A stretch of DNA of 64,000 nt from an uncultured Nitrospiraceae bacterium. GTDB lineage: Bacteria; Nitrospirota; Nitrospiria; Nitrospirales; Nitrospiraceae. The stretch's first letter is position 1. Every line of letters starts with the position of its first letter. The position numbers and the translations under genes were made by a program. The DNA lies in contig CAVPLT010000001.1 in the NCBI GenBank assembly GCA_963706325.1, positions 768,001 to 832,000 on the forward strand. The letters are read 5' to 3'. This document shows positions 10,795 to 20,263 of this stretch, piece after piece. Under the pieces are notes generated by a model. The model was not told the DNA's origin, made no database searches, and worked only from the letters and a program-made list of their open reading frames with translations.

Positions 10795-12513
10795 ATGCCC
10801 ACTATTTCTTTGCAACGAGATGATCTCGAATCCCTGATCGCCGGGACGGGTGGAAAGCCGGACCGCATTCCGCTCGATCAGCTGGAAGACTGGCTGATGC
10901 TGGTGAAGGGGGAGCTCAAGGGACACAATCCAGAGACCGGCGAGTTACGCGTCGAATTACAAGATAGTAACCGTCCGGATTTATGGTGCTGCGAAGGTAT
11001 CGCTCGGCAGATTCGTACCAAGCAGCGCGGGACCGCGACACCCTATCCCTTCTTCAACACACAGAATTCCGTGGTCGGCAAACTGATCGTGGCGCCGGGA
11101 ATGGAAGAGGTTCGTCCCTACATAGCGGCCTGTGCGGCGGTGGGCTATCGCGTGACCGAGGATGGCCTGACACAGCTCATCCAGACGCAGGAAAAGCTGG
11201 CCGATATTTTCGGGCGCAAACGGCGGACGGTATCCATTGGATTGTACCGCTTGGCACCCATCGTGTTTCCCGTGTCGTATGATCTCGTCAAACCTGATGA
11301 GGTGCGCTTTACTCCGCTGGGGATGGAGACGATGATGACGTTGCGGGAAATCCTGATGGTCCATCCCAAAGGGGTCGAGTATGGTGCGATTGTCGCAGGC
11401 CATGACCGCCTTCCCGTGCTGCGGGACGCGAATGGACAAGTGCTGTCGTTCCCTCCCATCATCAATAGCCGGGAAATTGGGGAAGTGCAGATCGGAGACC
11501 ACGAACTGTTCATCGAGGTCACCGGGACCGATCTTTCTATGGTCGCCTTGGCGCTGAATATTCTTGCCGCCAATCTCGCTGACCGCGGCGCCGTGATTAC
11601 GCCGGTGGAAATCCAATCGTCGATGAAAACGACCTTTGGCCGACGCTGGCATACTCCGATTGATTTTGGAAAGTCGCGCATGATTCCTCTTATGGCCATT
11701 GAGTCTGCGTTGGGGGAGCCTTTGGGCGGACAGGAAGTAGCCGCGGCGCTTAAATCGTATGGCTACGACGTCAAATCTGCCGGTCGTAGGTTAGCGGTGC
11801 GGCTCCCGCCCTATCGGAACGATCTGTTGCACGCCGTCGATGTGGTGGAGGATGTGGCGATTAGTCAGGGGTATGCGAGGTTTGCTCCAGTCATGCCGTC
11901 TCAGTTTACCGTCGGCAGCCTATCCCGTTTGGAACAGATGGCTGACCGGGTTCGACATCTCATGGTGGGGATGGGGTTCCAGGAGATCATTTCTAATATC
12001 ATGGGCTCTCATCAGGTCTTCTGCGCAAGGATGCGACTCGACGGCACCGAATGGGCGAACGTCGTGGAAGTAGACAACGTGATGTCGCTCAGCTACTCCT
12101 GCCTGCGCCAGTGGATCACGCCATCCTTGTTACAGGTGGAAGCAAATTCAAGCCGGGCGTTTTATCCGCACCGCATGTTCGAAGTGGGTGAAGTGGCCGT
12201 TCCTGATGCGACTGTCGATGTGGGGTCTCGAACCGTGACGAAGTTGGGCGCGGTGATTGCCCATGCCGGGGCCAATTTCTCGGAAATTCATTCCTGCCTG
12301 GATCTCTTGTTGTATTACCTGGACCGTGCATTCACGCTGGAGCCACTGGCGCATCCGTCTTTTCTGGATGGCCGGGTGGGGAGAATTGTTTCCCGCGGTC
12401 GAGTGATCGGATTGCTGGGAGAGGTGCATCCTGAGGCTCTGGAGCTCTGGCAGATTGGGGTGCCCGTGGTCACGCTTGAGTTGGAGATCGACCGGTTGCT
12501 GGATGAAGCGTGA
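10795..12513 (+). CDS. pheT: Phenylalanine-tRNA ligase beta subunit, archaeal/eukaryotic short type
   Basis: 572 aa; MPTI start, NRPDL, LSFPPIINS, PPYRNDLLH..D..ED; no recognisable B2 OB-fold or B8 domain. Confidence 0.95.
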   Translation: MPTISLQRDDLESLIAGTGGKPDRIPLDQLEDWLMLVKGELKGHNPETGELRVELQDSNRPDLWCCEGIARQIRTKQRGTATPYPFFNTQNSVVGKLIVAPGMEEVRPYIAACAAVGYRVTEDGLTQLIQTQEKLADIFGRKRRTVSIGLYRLAPIVFPVSYDLVKPDEVRFTPLGMETMMTLREILMVHPKGVEYGAIVAGHDRLPVLRDANGQVLSFPPIINSREIGEVQIGDHELFIEVTGTDLSMVALALNILAANLADRGAVITPVEIQSSMKTTFGRRWHTPIDFGKSRMIPLMAIESALGEPLGGQEVAAALKSYGYDVKSAGRRLAVRLPPYRNDLLHAVDVVEDVAISQGYARFAPVMPSQFTVGSLSRLEQMADRVRHLMVGMGFQEIISNIMGSHQVFCARMRLDGTEWANVVEVDNVMSLSYSCLRQWITPSLLQVEANSSRAFYPHRMFEVGEVAVPDATVDVGSRTVTKLGAVIAHAGANFSEIHSCLDLLLYYLDRAFTLEPLAHPSFLDGRVGRIVSRGRVIGLLGEVHPEALELWQIGVPVVTLELEIDRLLDEA

Positions 12514-12548
12514 CGGGAAAATCCGTTCAGTCAGGATCTTCCCGTCAC
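12510..12548. terminator. Hairpin between convergent pheT and rplT
   Basis: GTGACGGGAA...TTCCCGTCAC inverted repeat. Confidence 0.55.
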
Positions 12549-12571
12549 ACACGTCTGCGCAATCGAAGATG

Positions 12572-12940
12572 TTAGTTGGCTGCCGTCGCGAGCTGCTGTT
12601 TGGCAACTCCGACGAGTTTCTCGAACCCCGCCATATCCTTGATCGCCATATCGGACAGAACTTTCCGATCCAATAAAATATTGGCCTTCCGCAGGGCATT
12701 CATGAAGCGGCTATAGGCCATTCCATGTAACCGAACCGCGGCGCTGATACGCGCGATCCAGAGTTGACGGAAGTCGCGCTTGCGATGCTTTCGCCCGACG
12801 TACGCGTAGGCCTGACCTTTGTCGACCGATTCAGTCGCTGTTCGAAACAGCCGGCTCTTAGCCCCATACTGGCCTTTCGCCAGTTTCAGGCGCTTCTTTC
12901 GCCGCTGTCGTGTTTTTGGACCACCTTTTGTACGAGGCAT
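12572..12940 (-). CDS. rplT: 50S ribosomal protein L20
   Basis: KRDFRQLWIARISAA, LDRKVLSDMA. Confidence 0.98.
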   Translation of the reverse strand: MPRTKGGPKTRQRRKKRLKLAKGQYGAKSRLFRTATESVDKGQAYAYVGRKHRKRDFRQLWIARISAAVRLHGMAYSRFMNALRKANILLDRKVLSDMAIKDMAGFEKLVGVAKQQLATAAN

Positions 12941-12986
12941 GGATCACGGCTCCTTTCAGATCCCGTTTACGGCACCATCATAATCT

Positions 12987-13184
12987 TTATTGCGGAAGGA
13001 TACGGTTCAGCGCAAGCGTCATGGTCGCCGACACTTCAACCGCCCCTTTCAGGCGTCGCTTGCGGTCACGCGCCTTGCCGGTGAGCAGATGTCGCCGACC
13101 AGCCTTTCGTCGGACCAATTTCCCAGATCCCGTGCGACGGAACCGTTTTTTAGCGCCGCTGTGCGTTTTCATTTTCACTTTCAT
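12987..13184 (-). CDS. rpmI: 50S ribosomal protein L35
   Basis: [19 protein letters not shown]; start adjusted to the ATG at 13184. Confidence 0.97.
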   Translation of the reverse strand: MKVKMKTHSGAKKRFRRTGSGKLVRRKAGRRHLLTGKARDRKRRLKGAVEVSATMTLALNRILPQ

Positions 13185-13222
13185 GGTTGTTTCATTCCCC
13201 TTCCTTGCGTGCGCGGTGCGCA

Positions 13223-13729
13223 CTATTTGGGAGCCAAAATCATGATCAGGCTCCGCCCTTCCATTCTCGGCGCAAACTCCACAGTTCCCGCTTCCGTGCA
13301 TTCCTTGATGACACTGGCCATCATCGTTCGGCCCATTTCCTGATTTGCCATCTCACGGCCCCGATAGGTGAGCGTCACTTTGGTCTTGTTCCCGTCCGCC
13401 AGAAATTCCTTGATCTGCCTGATCTTGATTTCGAGATCGTGCTTATCGGTACGTGGGCGTAGCTTGATCTCTTTCACCTGCGTAGACTTCTGGTGACGCC
13501 GGCTTTGATGATCTTTCTTGCTCAGCTCAAATTTATATTTCCCATAGTCCATAATGCGGCAAACCGGCGGCTGGGACGTAGGGGCGACTTCAACCAGGTC
13601 ATAGCCCCCTTCCTGTGCCTTACTGAAGGCCTCTGCGGTCGGCAGTATACCGAGTTGCTCGCCTTCAGGACCGATGACTCGAACCTCCCGAATCCTGATT
13701 TCCCGGTTTACACGTAATTTAGGGACGAT
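13223..13729 (-). CDS. infC: Translation initiation factor IF-3 (ATC start)
   Basis: Frame extends 59 codons upstream of the listed ATG ([22 protein letters not shown]...[18 protein letters not shown]) to an ATC after GAGGTGA. Confidence 0.95.
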   Translation of the reverse strand: MVPKLRVNREIRIREVRVIGPEGEQLGILPTAEAFSKAQEGGYDLVEVAPTSQPPVCRIMDYGKYKFELSKKDHQSRRHQKSTQVKEIKLRPRTDKHDLEIKIRQIKEFLADGNKTKVTLTYRGREMANQEMGRTMMASVIKECTEAGTVEFAPRMEGRSLIMILAPK

Positions 13730-13732
13730 AGG

Positions 13733-15688
13733 TCACCTCGTTTGTGAGTGGGTTGCCGTTTCACGTAATGTCTGAGTTGTTTCCGTACGGAGAAGAGCGA
13801 GGAGGGCCTCGATCGGCATGGTACCGTGATTGGCGCCGCTCCGGCCGCGGACGGCGACCATGCCACTCTGCACTTCCTTATCTCCGACCACCAGCATATA
13901 GGGAATCTTGTTTTTTTCCGCCTCGCGGATCTTAAATCCGATCTTCTCATTCCGGATGTCCGCTTCGACTCTGTAGCCGTGGCTCTTGAGTTCCGAGACG
14001 ATCTTGGCCGCAAATTCATGGTGCTTGTCCGTGATCGTGAGCACGACCGCTTGCACGGGGGCCAACCATAGTGGGAAGGCTCCAGCGTAATGTTCGATGA
14101 GAATGCCAAAAAACCGCTCGATGGAACCCATGAGCGCGCGATGAATCATGATCGGCTGATGGTATTTCCCGTCTTCTCCCGTATAGGCCAGCTTGAACCG
14201 CTCAGGGTTGTTGAAGTCAACTTGGATCGTCGAGCATTGCCAGGAACGGCCAAGGACGTCTTTGATCTTGATATCGATTTTAGGGCCGTAGAACACACCT
14301 TCACCGGGGTCCACTTGATAGGCGACCCCGCGCCCTTTGAGCGCCGCTTCCAAGGCATTCGTGGCCAGAGTCCAATTCTCGTCGGAGCCGACGGATTTTT
14401 CCGGGCGAGTCGAGAGGTAGACTTCAAACTCCGCGAAACCAAACGTGCCAAGAATGAAAAACGTAAAGTCCAGCACGCGGCTCACTTCGGCTTCGATTTG
14501 ATCTGGGCGGCAGAACAGATGGGCATCGTCTTGGGTGAAGCCTCGGACGCGAAGCAAGCCATGGAGCACGCCCGTGCGTTCGTAGCGGTATACGGTCCCC
14601 AACTCTCCATAACGAATCGGCAAGTCCCGGTAACTGCGTAGGTGGGATTTGTAGATCATGATATGGAAAGGACAGTTCATTGGCTTGAGCTGATACTCGC
14701 TGCCTTCCAGCTGCATCGTGGCGAACATGTTTTCGCGGTAATAGTCGACGTGGCCGCTGGTTTTCCAGAGGTCCAACCGGGCGACATGTGGTGAGTACAC
14801 GAGCTCGTAGCCGTCCTTGATATGTTGCTCCCGCCAGAAATTCTCAATAAGCAACCGGATCAGCGATCCCTTGGGATGCCATAAGACCAGACCCGGACCG
14901 ATCTCGTCCTGCGTGGAAATCAGGTCGAGTTCTTTGCCCAGTTTTCGGTGGTCGCGACGCTTGATCTCTTCCAGTTTCGCTAGATGCGCATCCAGCTCCT
15001 TTTGCGTGGGGAAGGAGGTGCCGTAGACCCGTTGTAACATCGGGTTGCGCTCATCGCCACGCCAATAGGCCCCGCCGGTGGACAGGAGTTTAAATGCCCC
15101 TACATGGCCGGTCGTGGGGAGGTGTGGCCCGCGGCAGAGATCGACAAACTCGCCTTGGCTGTAAAGGGAAATGGGTGATTGATCGTCGAAGCCTTGGATC
15201 AATTCAACCTTGTAGGCTTCTCCGCGGTCCTGAAAAAACCTGATGGCATCCTGCTTGGACAGTTCCGATCTGGTGACTGCCAGACCACGTTTCATAATGT
15301 CTTTGGCCCGCGCTTCGACTTTTTCCAAGTCCTCGGGCGTAAACGGGCGCTCGAATGCGAAGTCATAATAAAAGCCTTCGTCCAGAGCCGGGCCGATCGT
15401 GAGCTGAGCAGTAGGGAACACCTCCTTCACGGCCTGGGCCATGATGTGGGTGCTGCTGTGACGGTGGACTTCTCGCCCTTCAGCAGACTCGAAGGTCAAA
15501 GGTTGGATGGTCGCGTCATGGTCTAATGACCGCGACAGGTCCATCGACTCGCCGTTGACTTTGGCAGCAAGCACTTTCGGATCGAGCCGGCCTCCTGTAG
15601 GAGTGAGGGCATCGCGAACCGTGGATCCTGCTGGCACTTGTTTGCGAGTTCCGTCAGGAAGGGTAATGTGAATGAACTGTGAGGTCAC
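13733..15688 (-). CDS. thrS: Threonine-tRNA ligase
   Basis: TGS domain, DLCRGPH, KPMNCP, LLRVRGFTQDDAH, HRALMGSIERF. Confidence 0.98.
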   Translation of the reverse strand: MTSQFIHITLPDGTRKQVPAGSTVRDALTPTGGRLDPKVLAAKVNGESMDLSRSLDHDATIQPLTFESAEGREVHRHSSTHIMAQAVKEVFPTAQLTIGPALDEGFYYDFAFERPFTPEDLEKVEARAKDIMKRGLAVTRSELSKQDAIRFFQDRGEAYKVELIQGFDDQSPISLYSQGEFVDLCRGPHLPTTGHVGAFKLLSTGGAYWRGDERNPMLQRVYGTSFPTQKELDAHLAKLEEIKRRDHRKLGKELDLISTQDEIGPGLVLWHPKGSLIRLLIENFWREQHIKDGYELVYSPHVARLDLWKTSGHVDYYRENMFATMQLEGSEYQLKPMNCPFHIMIYKSHLRSYRDLPIRYGELGTVYRYERTGVLHGLLRVRGFTQDDAHLFCRPDQIEAEVSRVLDFTFFILGTFGFAEFEVYLSTRPEKSVGSDENWTLATNALEAALKGRGVAYQVDPGEGVFYGPKIDIKIKDVLGRSWQCSTIQVDFNNPERFKLAYTGEDGKYHQPIMIHRALMGSIERFFGILIEHYAGAFPLWLAPVQAVVLTITDKHHEFAAKIVSELKSHGYRVEADIRNEKIGFKIREAEKNKIPYMLVVGDKEVQSGMVAVRGRSGANHGTMPIEALLALLRTETTQTLRETATHSQTR

Positions 15689-15763
15689 TCCGGTCTATCC
15701 TACAAAAAATACAACACCGTGCCGACTACCATGCTTCGGTCGGCAGTCGGAGCACGAACCTAA

Positions 15764-15838
15764 TGGTAGGCGCGGACGGTCTTGAACCGTCGACCTCTAC
15801 CGTGTCAAGGTAGCGCTCTCCCCCTGAGCTACGCGCCT
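15764..15838 (-). tRNA. tRNA-Val (GAC)
   Basis: AGGCGCGTAGCTCAG...CTACC-TT-GAC-AC-GGTAG...GGTTCAAG...CGCGCCTACCA. Confidence 0.96.
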
Positions 15839-15970
15839 ATCGCCCGGCGATGCTAATACAGCGTTACCGGGGGTGTCAAGGAAACGAGACGAGGCGGCGG
15901 GCTTTTCCTTGGGGCTCGTTCGAGAATAGCCGCAAGAAGCACACCGCGTCGCTTGGAAGCAGGCGAGCGA

Positions 15971-16243
15971 TTACTTGACGGCGGCCTTGAGTTCTTTGCC
16001 GGCCGAAAATTTCGGAATGCGGGCGGCAGGAATCTTCAATGCTTCACCGGTCCGGGGATTGCGTCCCATTCTGGCCTTCCGTTTCGAAATCGTGAATGTA
16101 CCGAAATTCACCAACGTCACGCGTTTTCCCTTCTTGAGAGAGGTGGTAACCGCTCCGGTGAAGGCTTCGAGCGCAACCGTCGCGGCGACTTTGGTGATTC
16201 CGGCGCTGTTGGCCATTTTCGCAATCAATTCTTCCTTGGTCAT
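15971..16243 (-). CDS. hup: DNA-binding protein HU
   Basis: MTKEELI, FGTF, GRNPRTGE, PKFSAGKELK. Confidence 0.95.
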   Translation of the reverse strand: MTKEELIAKMANSAGITKVAATVALEAFTGAVTTSLKKGKRVTLVNFGTFTISKRKARMGRNPRTGEALKIPAARIPKFSAGKELKAAVK

Positions 16244-16341
16244 TGGTTCCCTCCGTTGATGGTTGGCGACCTGTTCGATGCGTGGGCGTGCTGGTAATTA
16301 TGATCCTAATGAGGTGCGGATGGGTGCCAATGTGTGTGGGA

Positions 16342-16926
16342 CTAACTGTCCCGCGCACGTTTGACCGGGATACGCAGATCGAGAATCTTTTTTCTTAGGG
16401 TGTTTCGATTTAGCCCAAGAAGCTCCGCAGCCTGGATTTGATTGCCTTTGGTCTCCCGTAGGGTCAGCAAGATTAACGGGCGTTCGACGGCGGCAATCAA
16501 CATCGGATGGAGATTTCTGCCCGATCCGTTCCGCATCCCTTTTACGAAATCACCGACCTTATGTTCAAGGTAGGATTCCAAGCAGACCGATTGTTCTGAT
16601 CCATTGGGTAACGGCGAGTCGGCCTTAGGTATTTTGGCGCCATGCAGCAATATTGCCGTCCTTCTCAAGACGGTCCGAGACCCCACCAGCAGGAGCGTAT
16701 GGCCGGGATCGATCGTGGCAAACAATTTTCCGAGCTCTGTCGGAGTGTGCCCTTTCGATTCTGCGATGACGGCATCATAGGTGCGCTTAGCTACGGCCTT
16801 CGGCAACGGCAATCCTTCATGAAGGATGGTAACCGCCTGCTCACCGAAGAGGCTCGTATATTGAGCCTGGATCTCGCTGTCTGCGCTGAGCAATAGAATA
16901 GTAAATGTCGATGAACGATGCGGCAT
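16342..16926 (-). CDS. Fis-type HTH regulator with a degenerate receiver-like N-terminus
   Basis: VERPLI..TLRETKGNQIQAAELLGLNRNTLRKKI; start moved to ATG 16926, downstream of a TTGACA-17-AATAAT promoter. Confidence 0.8.
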   Translation of the reverse strand: MPHRSSTFTILLLSADSEIQAQYTSLFGEQAVTILHEGLPLPKAVAKRTYDAVIAESKGHTPTELGKLFATIDPGHTLLLVGSRTVLRRTAILLHGAKIPKADSPLPNGSEQSVCLESYLEHKVGDFVKGMRNGSGRNLHPMLIAAVERPLILLTLRETKGNQIQAAELLGLNRNTLRKKILDLRIPVKRARDS

Positions 16927-17207
16927 GAAGGTACCGACGAAGAAGAGGGCGGGATTATTGCTCAGCTCCTGGTTGATGTCAATCAAGAAAATGCGCTGGC
17001 ATATCGCGACGCGATAAAGCAGTCAATGTCGGCGGCTCAGTTCGGTCGCCACTTCGATTGATGCACGTTCTCTATTGAACTGGCCTGACATGCTCGGGAG
17101 CGATGCCGATAGGCGAGTGCATCGGTGCCATACAAATGAGTGCACTGAGGTTTGCCCGGACGCCCGTCAATTCTCCGTGCCGTCGTACGCCTTGTATGCA
17201 GACCTAC

Positions 17208-17270
17208 TTGACATCAGCGCGATGCGCAATGTATAGGATTTCATGAATTCCCATCGGAATACTCATGAAT
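17208..17270 (+). promoter_or_regulatory. Putative sigma-70 promoter and inverted-repeat operator for the sulfur cluster
   Basis: TTGACA at 17208, TATAGG 18 nt downstream; TTCATGA-ATTCC-CATC-GGAAT-AC-TCATGAA just before the Rrf2 ATG. Confidence 0.45.
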
Positions 17271-17721
17271 GAAGGTTAGTCTTCGAGCCACCTACGGAAT
17301 TATTGCCGCTGTGGACCTTGCGTTACACCCTGTCGATCAGCCTGTCTGCGCCAAATCGATTGCCAAGCGTCAATCGATTCCTTCCCGGTTTCTCGAGCAG
17401 GTGCTCCATGCCATGAAAAAGGCGGGAGTGGTGACCAGCCAGCGCGGGGCTCAGGGCGGGTATGTGCTGAGTCGTAAACCCTCAGATGTCTCGGTGGCGG
17501 ACATTGTCGATGCGTTGGAGGGCCCCCTTCTGACACCCAATGGAGCGACTGTTCGGAGAACCGCCTCATCGCGGGGTGCCAAGCAAGACGCTCTGCTGGC
17601 GCACATTTGGGATCGGGTGAAACGTGCTGAGCTGAGCGTGCTTTCCGAAGTGACCGTGGAAGAGTTGGCCAATCGCCAGCGGGCGCTCGAAGCGCAGCAC
17701 ACCTTGATGTACCATATCTGA
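17269..17721 (+). CDS. Rrf2-family regulator, CymR-like
   Basis: FLEQVL..MKKAGVV.S.RGAQGGY.L, IVDALEGP; no IscR Cys triad; C-terminal MYHI. Confidence 0.9.
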   Translation: MKVSLRATYGIIAAVDLALHPVDQPVCAKSIAKRQSIPSRFLEQVLHAMKKAGVVTSQRGAQGGYVLSRKPSDVSVADIVDALEGPLLTPNGATVRRTASSRGAKQDALLAHIWDRVKRAELSVLSEVTVEELANRQRALEAQHTLMYHI

Positions 17722-17774
17722 TCGCGGCCGTATCATGCGCAATCGAATTACCCCCAATCGACGAGGTCCTGACC

Positions 17775-20258
17775 ATGAGCCCTAACAGCGTGGGTCTCCG
17801 TCCTGCGATTAAGACCGAGCCCATACCAGCCCATATAGCTGAAGAAATCGAGACATTCGAAGCCGAAGCTCAGCGAGTGCTGGGTGGAGATCTGTCCAAC
17901 GATATTTTTAAGCCTTTCCGATTGCAATATGGCATTTACGGCCAGCGGCAATCCGGCGTGCAGATGGTGCGGATCAAGATTCCCTTCGGAGGGCTGACGG
18001 GGAATCAATTGCGCCAAGTAGCCGAGCTTGCCGACCGGTTCGCCACTGGCGTAGGCCATGTGACGACCCGCCAAGACATTCAGTTACACTTCGTCGAACT
18101 CATACATGTCCCTGACATGATGCGCCTCCTGGCGTCCGTTGGGCTGACGACCCGTGAAGCCTGCGCCAATACCGTGCGTAATGTCACGGCTTGTCATCTG
18201 GCCGGCGTGTGTCAAGGGGAAGTCTTCGATGTGACGCCGTATGCGAAGACGGTGGCCTTACATCTCTTGCGGAACCCCCTCAACCAGAGCCTTCCTCGGA
18301 AATTCAAGATCGCCCTGTCGGGATGCCGGCAGGACTGCGCGCTTACGCCGATCCACGACATCGGGTTGCTCGCGGCGAAACGGGCAGACGGAGCAATAGG
18401 GTTTCGAATGGTCGCGGGCGGTGGATTGGGATCGACCCCTCGCATGGCCCAGGTGCTCAGAGAATTTACGCCGATGGACGAACTGCTTCCCACGATCGAA
18501 GCGGTCATCAAGGTGTTCGATACGCTCGGGAACCGCAAGAATCGCAACAAGGCCCGCATGAAGTTCGTTATTGAAAAATTGGGATTCGGGGAATTCAAAC
18601 GACGCTGGGAGGCGGCCTATGCGGCCATGGGGTATGCCGTGCCGACGCATCAGCCGATCAAGTTGCTGGAGTATGCTGATGAACCGCCGCTGCTCATGCC
18701 GACGAAAGCCCCGGTCCTCTCCAACGGGAACGGTCATGGAAATGGGGCGGCCTCGCTCAATGGAGAGGGGGCGTCGGGCTTTCAAGCTTGGAAGCGAACC
18801 AACGTCGTGCCGCAGCGTCAGCCAGGGTTTTCTACAGCAGCGATCAAATTGCCGATGGGGGACCTCACGGGCGACCAAATGTGGACCGTGGCCGATCTTG
18901 CCGAGCGCTATTCAAACGGAAACATCCGCACCACGATCAATCAGAACATGGTCATTCGGTGGATTCCCGAGGGACGACTGGAAGAGTTCTATGACGAACT
19001 GGTGACGCACAGCCTGGGTGATCCAGGTGCTGAACTCGTCGAAGACATCATCGCGTGCCCGGGCACCGACACCTGCGGTCTGGGAATTACCTCCTCCAAG
19101 GGGATGGCCAGGGCGTTGGCTGAAGTATTTCCAGCGGGGCAGGTGCCGGAAGATCTCAGGGATGTGAGCGTCAAAATCAGCGGTTGCCATAATTCCTGCG
19201 CGCAACACCACATTGCCACCATCGGTTTGCATGGTGTCGGCAAGCGGCTTGGCGAACATACAGCCCCGCATTATGAACTGCATCTGGGCGGACATGTGGA
19301 CGGCACGCCGAAGATCGGACAGCTCACCGTGAAATTGCCGGCAAAGAGCGTCCCCGCAGCGGTTCGGCATTTGGTGGATGTCTATCGCCGGGATCGGAAA
19401 AGCGGCGAGACTCTACAAAACTTCATCGCGCGAGTGGGTAAAGTGGCGCTCAAAGAGGAACTCATTCCCTACACGATCGTGCCGCCCTACGATCAGGATC
19501 AGACCTATTACTACGATTGGGAAGGCGAGGCCGAATTTGTGCTGGAAGATTTGGGTCCCGGCGAGTGCGCAGGCGGGGCATTGGACATGATCGACGATCG
19601 AATGTTGGAGGCCGATCAAGAACTCTATCAGGCCAAGCTCCTGGTCGAAAAGCATCAGTATGCCCTGTCGGTCAACAAATCGTATCGAGCGGTATTAGCC
19701 GCGGCCAAAGCCTTGCTGGTGACGGAAGGCATCGACCCGGCGACTGACGCCGACACGTTCCAAGAGTTCGATGTACGCTTGGCGAACAAAGGTATCGTGC
19801 CCGCCACGTATAGGAATCTCGGAGCGCAAGTCGGTGATCTCGGTTCCAAAGATGCGACAGCCGGTGCAGCCACTGAGAAAATGGCGTTTGCCAAGCAGTT
19901 CCTCCTTGTGTGTCGGGCGGCCACGGAACAAATGGGCAAAGATCTCAAGTTGTCGCAAGTGAAAGAGGAAGCCACGCCGACGCCGGTTCCGAAAGTTGCG
20001 GCGGCACCGGTCGCGGTGGTCCAGCCGCCCGTGTATGATTTGCGTGGTGTCGCCTGCCCGATGAATTACGTGAAGACAAAATTGAAGCTGGAGATGATGG
20101 ACAATGGTGAACAGCTCGAAGTGTGGCTTGATGCTGGGGAGCCCATTCGAAATGTGCCGATGAGTTTACGCAACGACGGACACAAGATCCTCAATGAAGG
20201 ACCGTTGGAACCCGAGGCGAAGCATTTCAAAATTCTTGTGGAAAAGGTCGAGGGGTAA
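17775..20258 (+). CDS. Siroheme sulfite reductase (ferredoxin type) fused to HEPN-like and TusA/SirA domains
   Basis: HVTTRQDIQ, LPRKFKIA, two C-X5-C / GC-X3-C sets; HEPN-like helical domain; DLRGVACP TusA motif; lies in a cys cluster. Confidence 0.9.
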   Translation: MSPNSVGLRPAIKTEPIPAHIAEEIETFEAEAQRVLGGDLSNDIFKPFRLQYGIYGQRQSGVQMVRIKIPFGGLTGNQLRQVAELADRFATGVGHVTTRQDIQLHFVELIHVPDMMRLLASVGLTTREACANTVRNVTACHLAGVCQGEVFDVTPYAKTVALHLLRNPLNQSLPRKFKIALSGCRQDCALTPIHDIGLLAAKRADGAIGFRMVAGGGLGSTPRMAQVLREFTPMDELLPTIEAVIKVFDTLGNRKNRNKARMKFVIEKLGFGEFKRRWEAAYAAMGYAVPTHQPIKLLEYADEPPLLMPTKAPVLSNGNGHGNGAASLNGEGASGFQAWKRTNVVPQRQPGFSTAAIKLPMGDLTGDQMWTVADLAERYSNGNIRTTINQNMVIRWIPEGRLEEFYDELVTHSLGDPGAELVEDIIACPGTDTCGLGITSSKGMARALAEVFPAGQVPEDLRDVSVKISGCHNSCAQHHIATIGLHGVGKRLGEHTAPHYELHLGGHVDGTPKIGQLTVKLPAKSVPAAVRHLVDVYRRDRKSGETLQNFIARVGKVALKEELIPYTIVPPYDQDQTYYYDWEGEAEFVLEDLGPGECAGGALDMIDDRMLEADQELYQAKLLVEKHQYALSVNKSYRAVLAAAKALLVTEGIDPATDADTFQEFDVRLANKGIVPATYRNLGAQVGDLGSKDATAGAATEKMAFAKQFLLVCRAATEQMGKDLKLSQVKEEATPTPVPKVAAAPVAVVQPPVYDLRGVACPMNYVKTKLKLEMMDNGEQLEVWLDAGEPIRNVPMSLRNDGHKILNEGPLEPEAKHFKILVEKVEG

Positions 20259-20263
20259 GAAGG

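Noticed and set aside
19580..19950. HEPN domain as an RNase toxin or defence system
   Set aside because: No Rx4-6H motif, no cognate nucleotidyltransferase gene, and it is fused inside a metabolic enzyme
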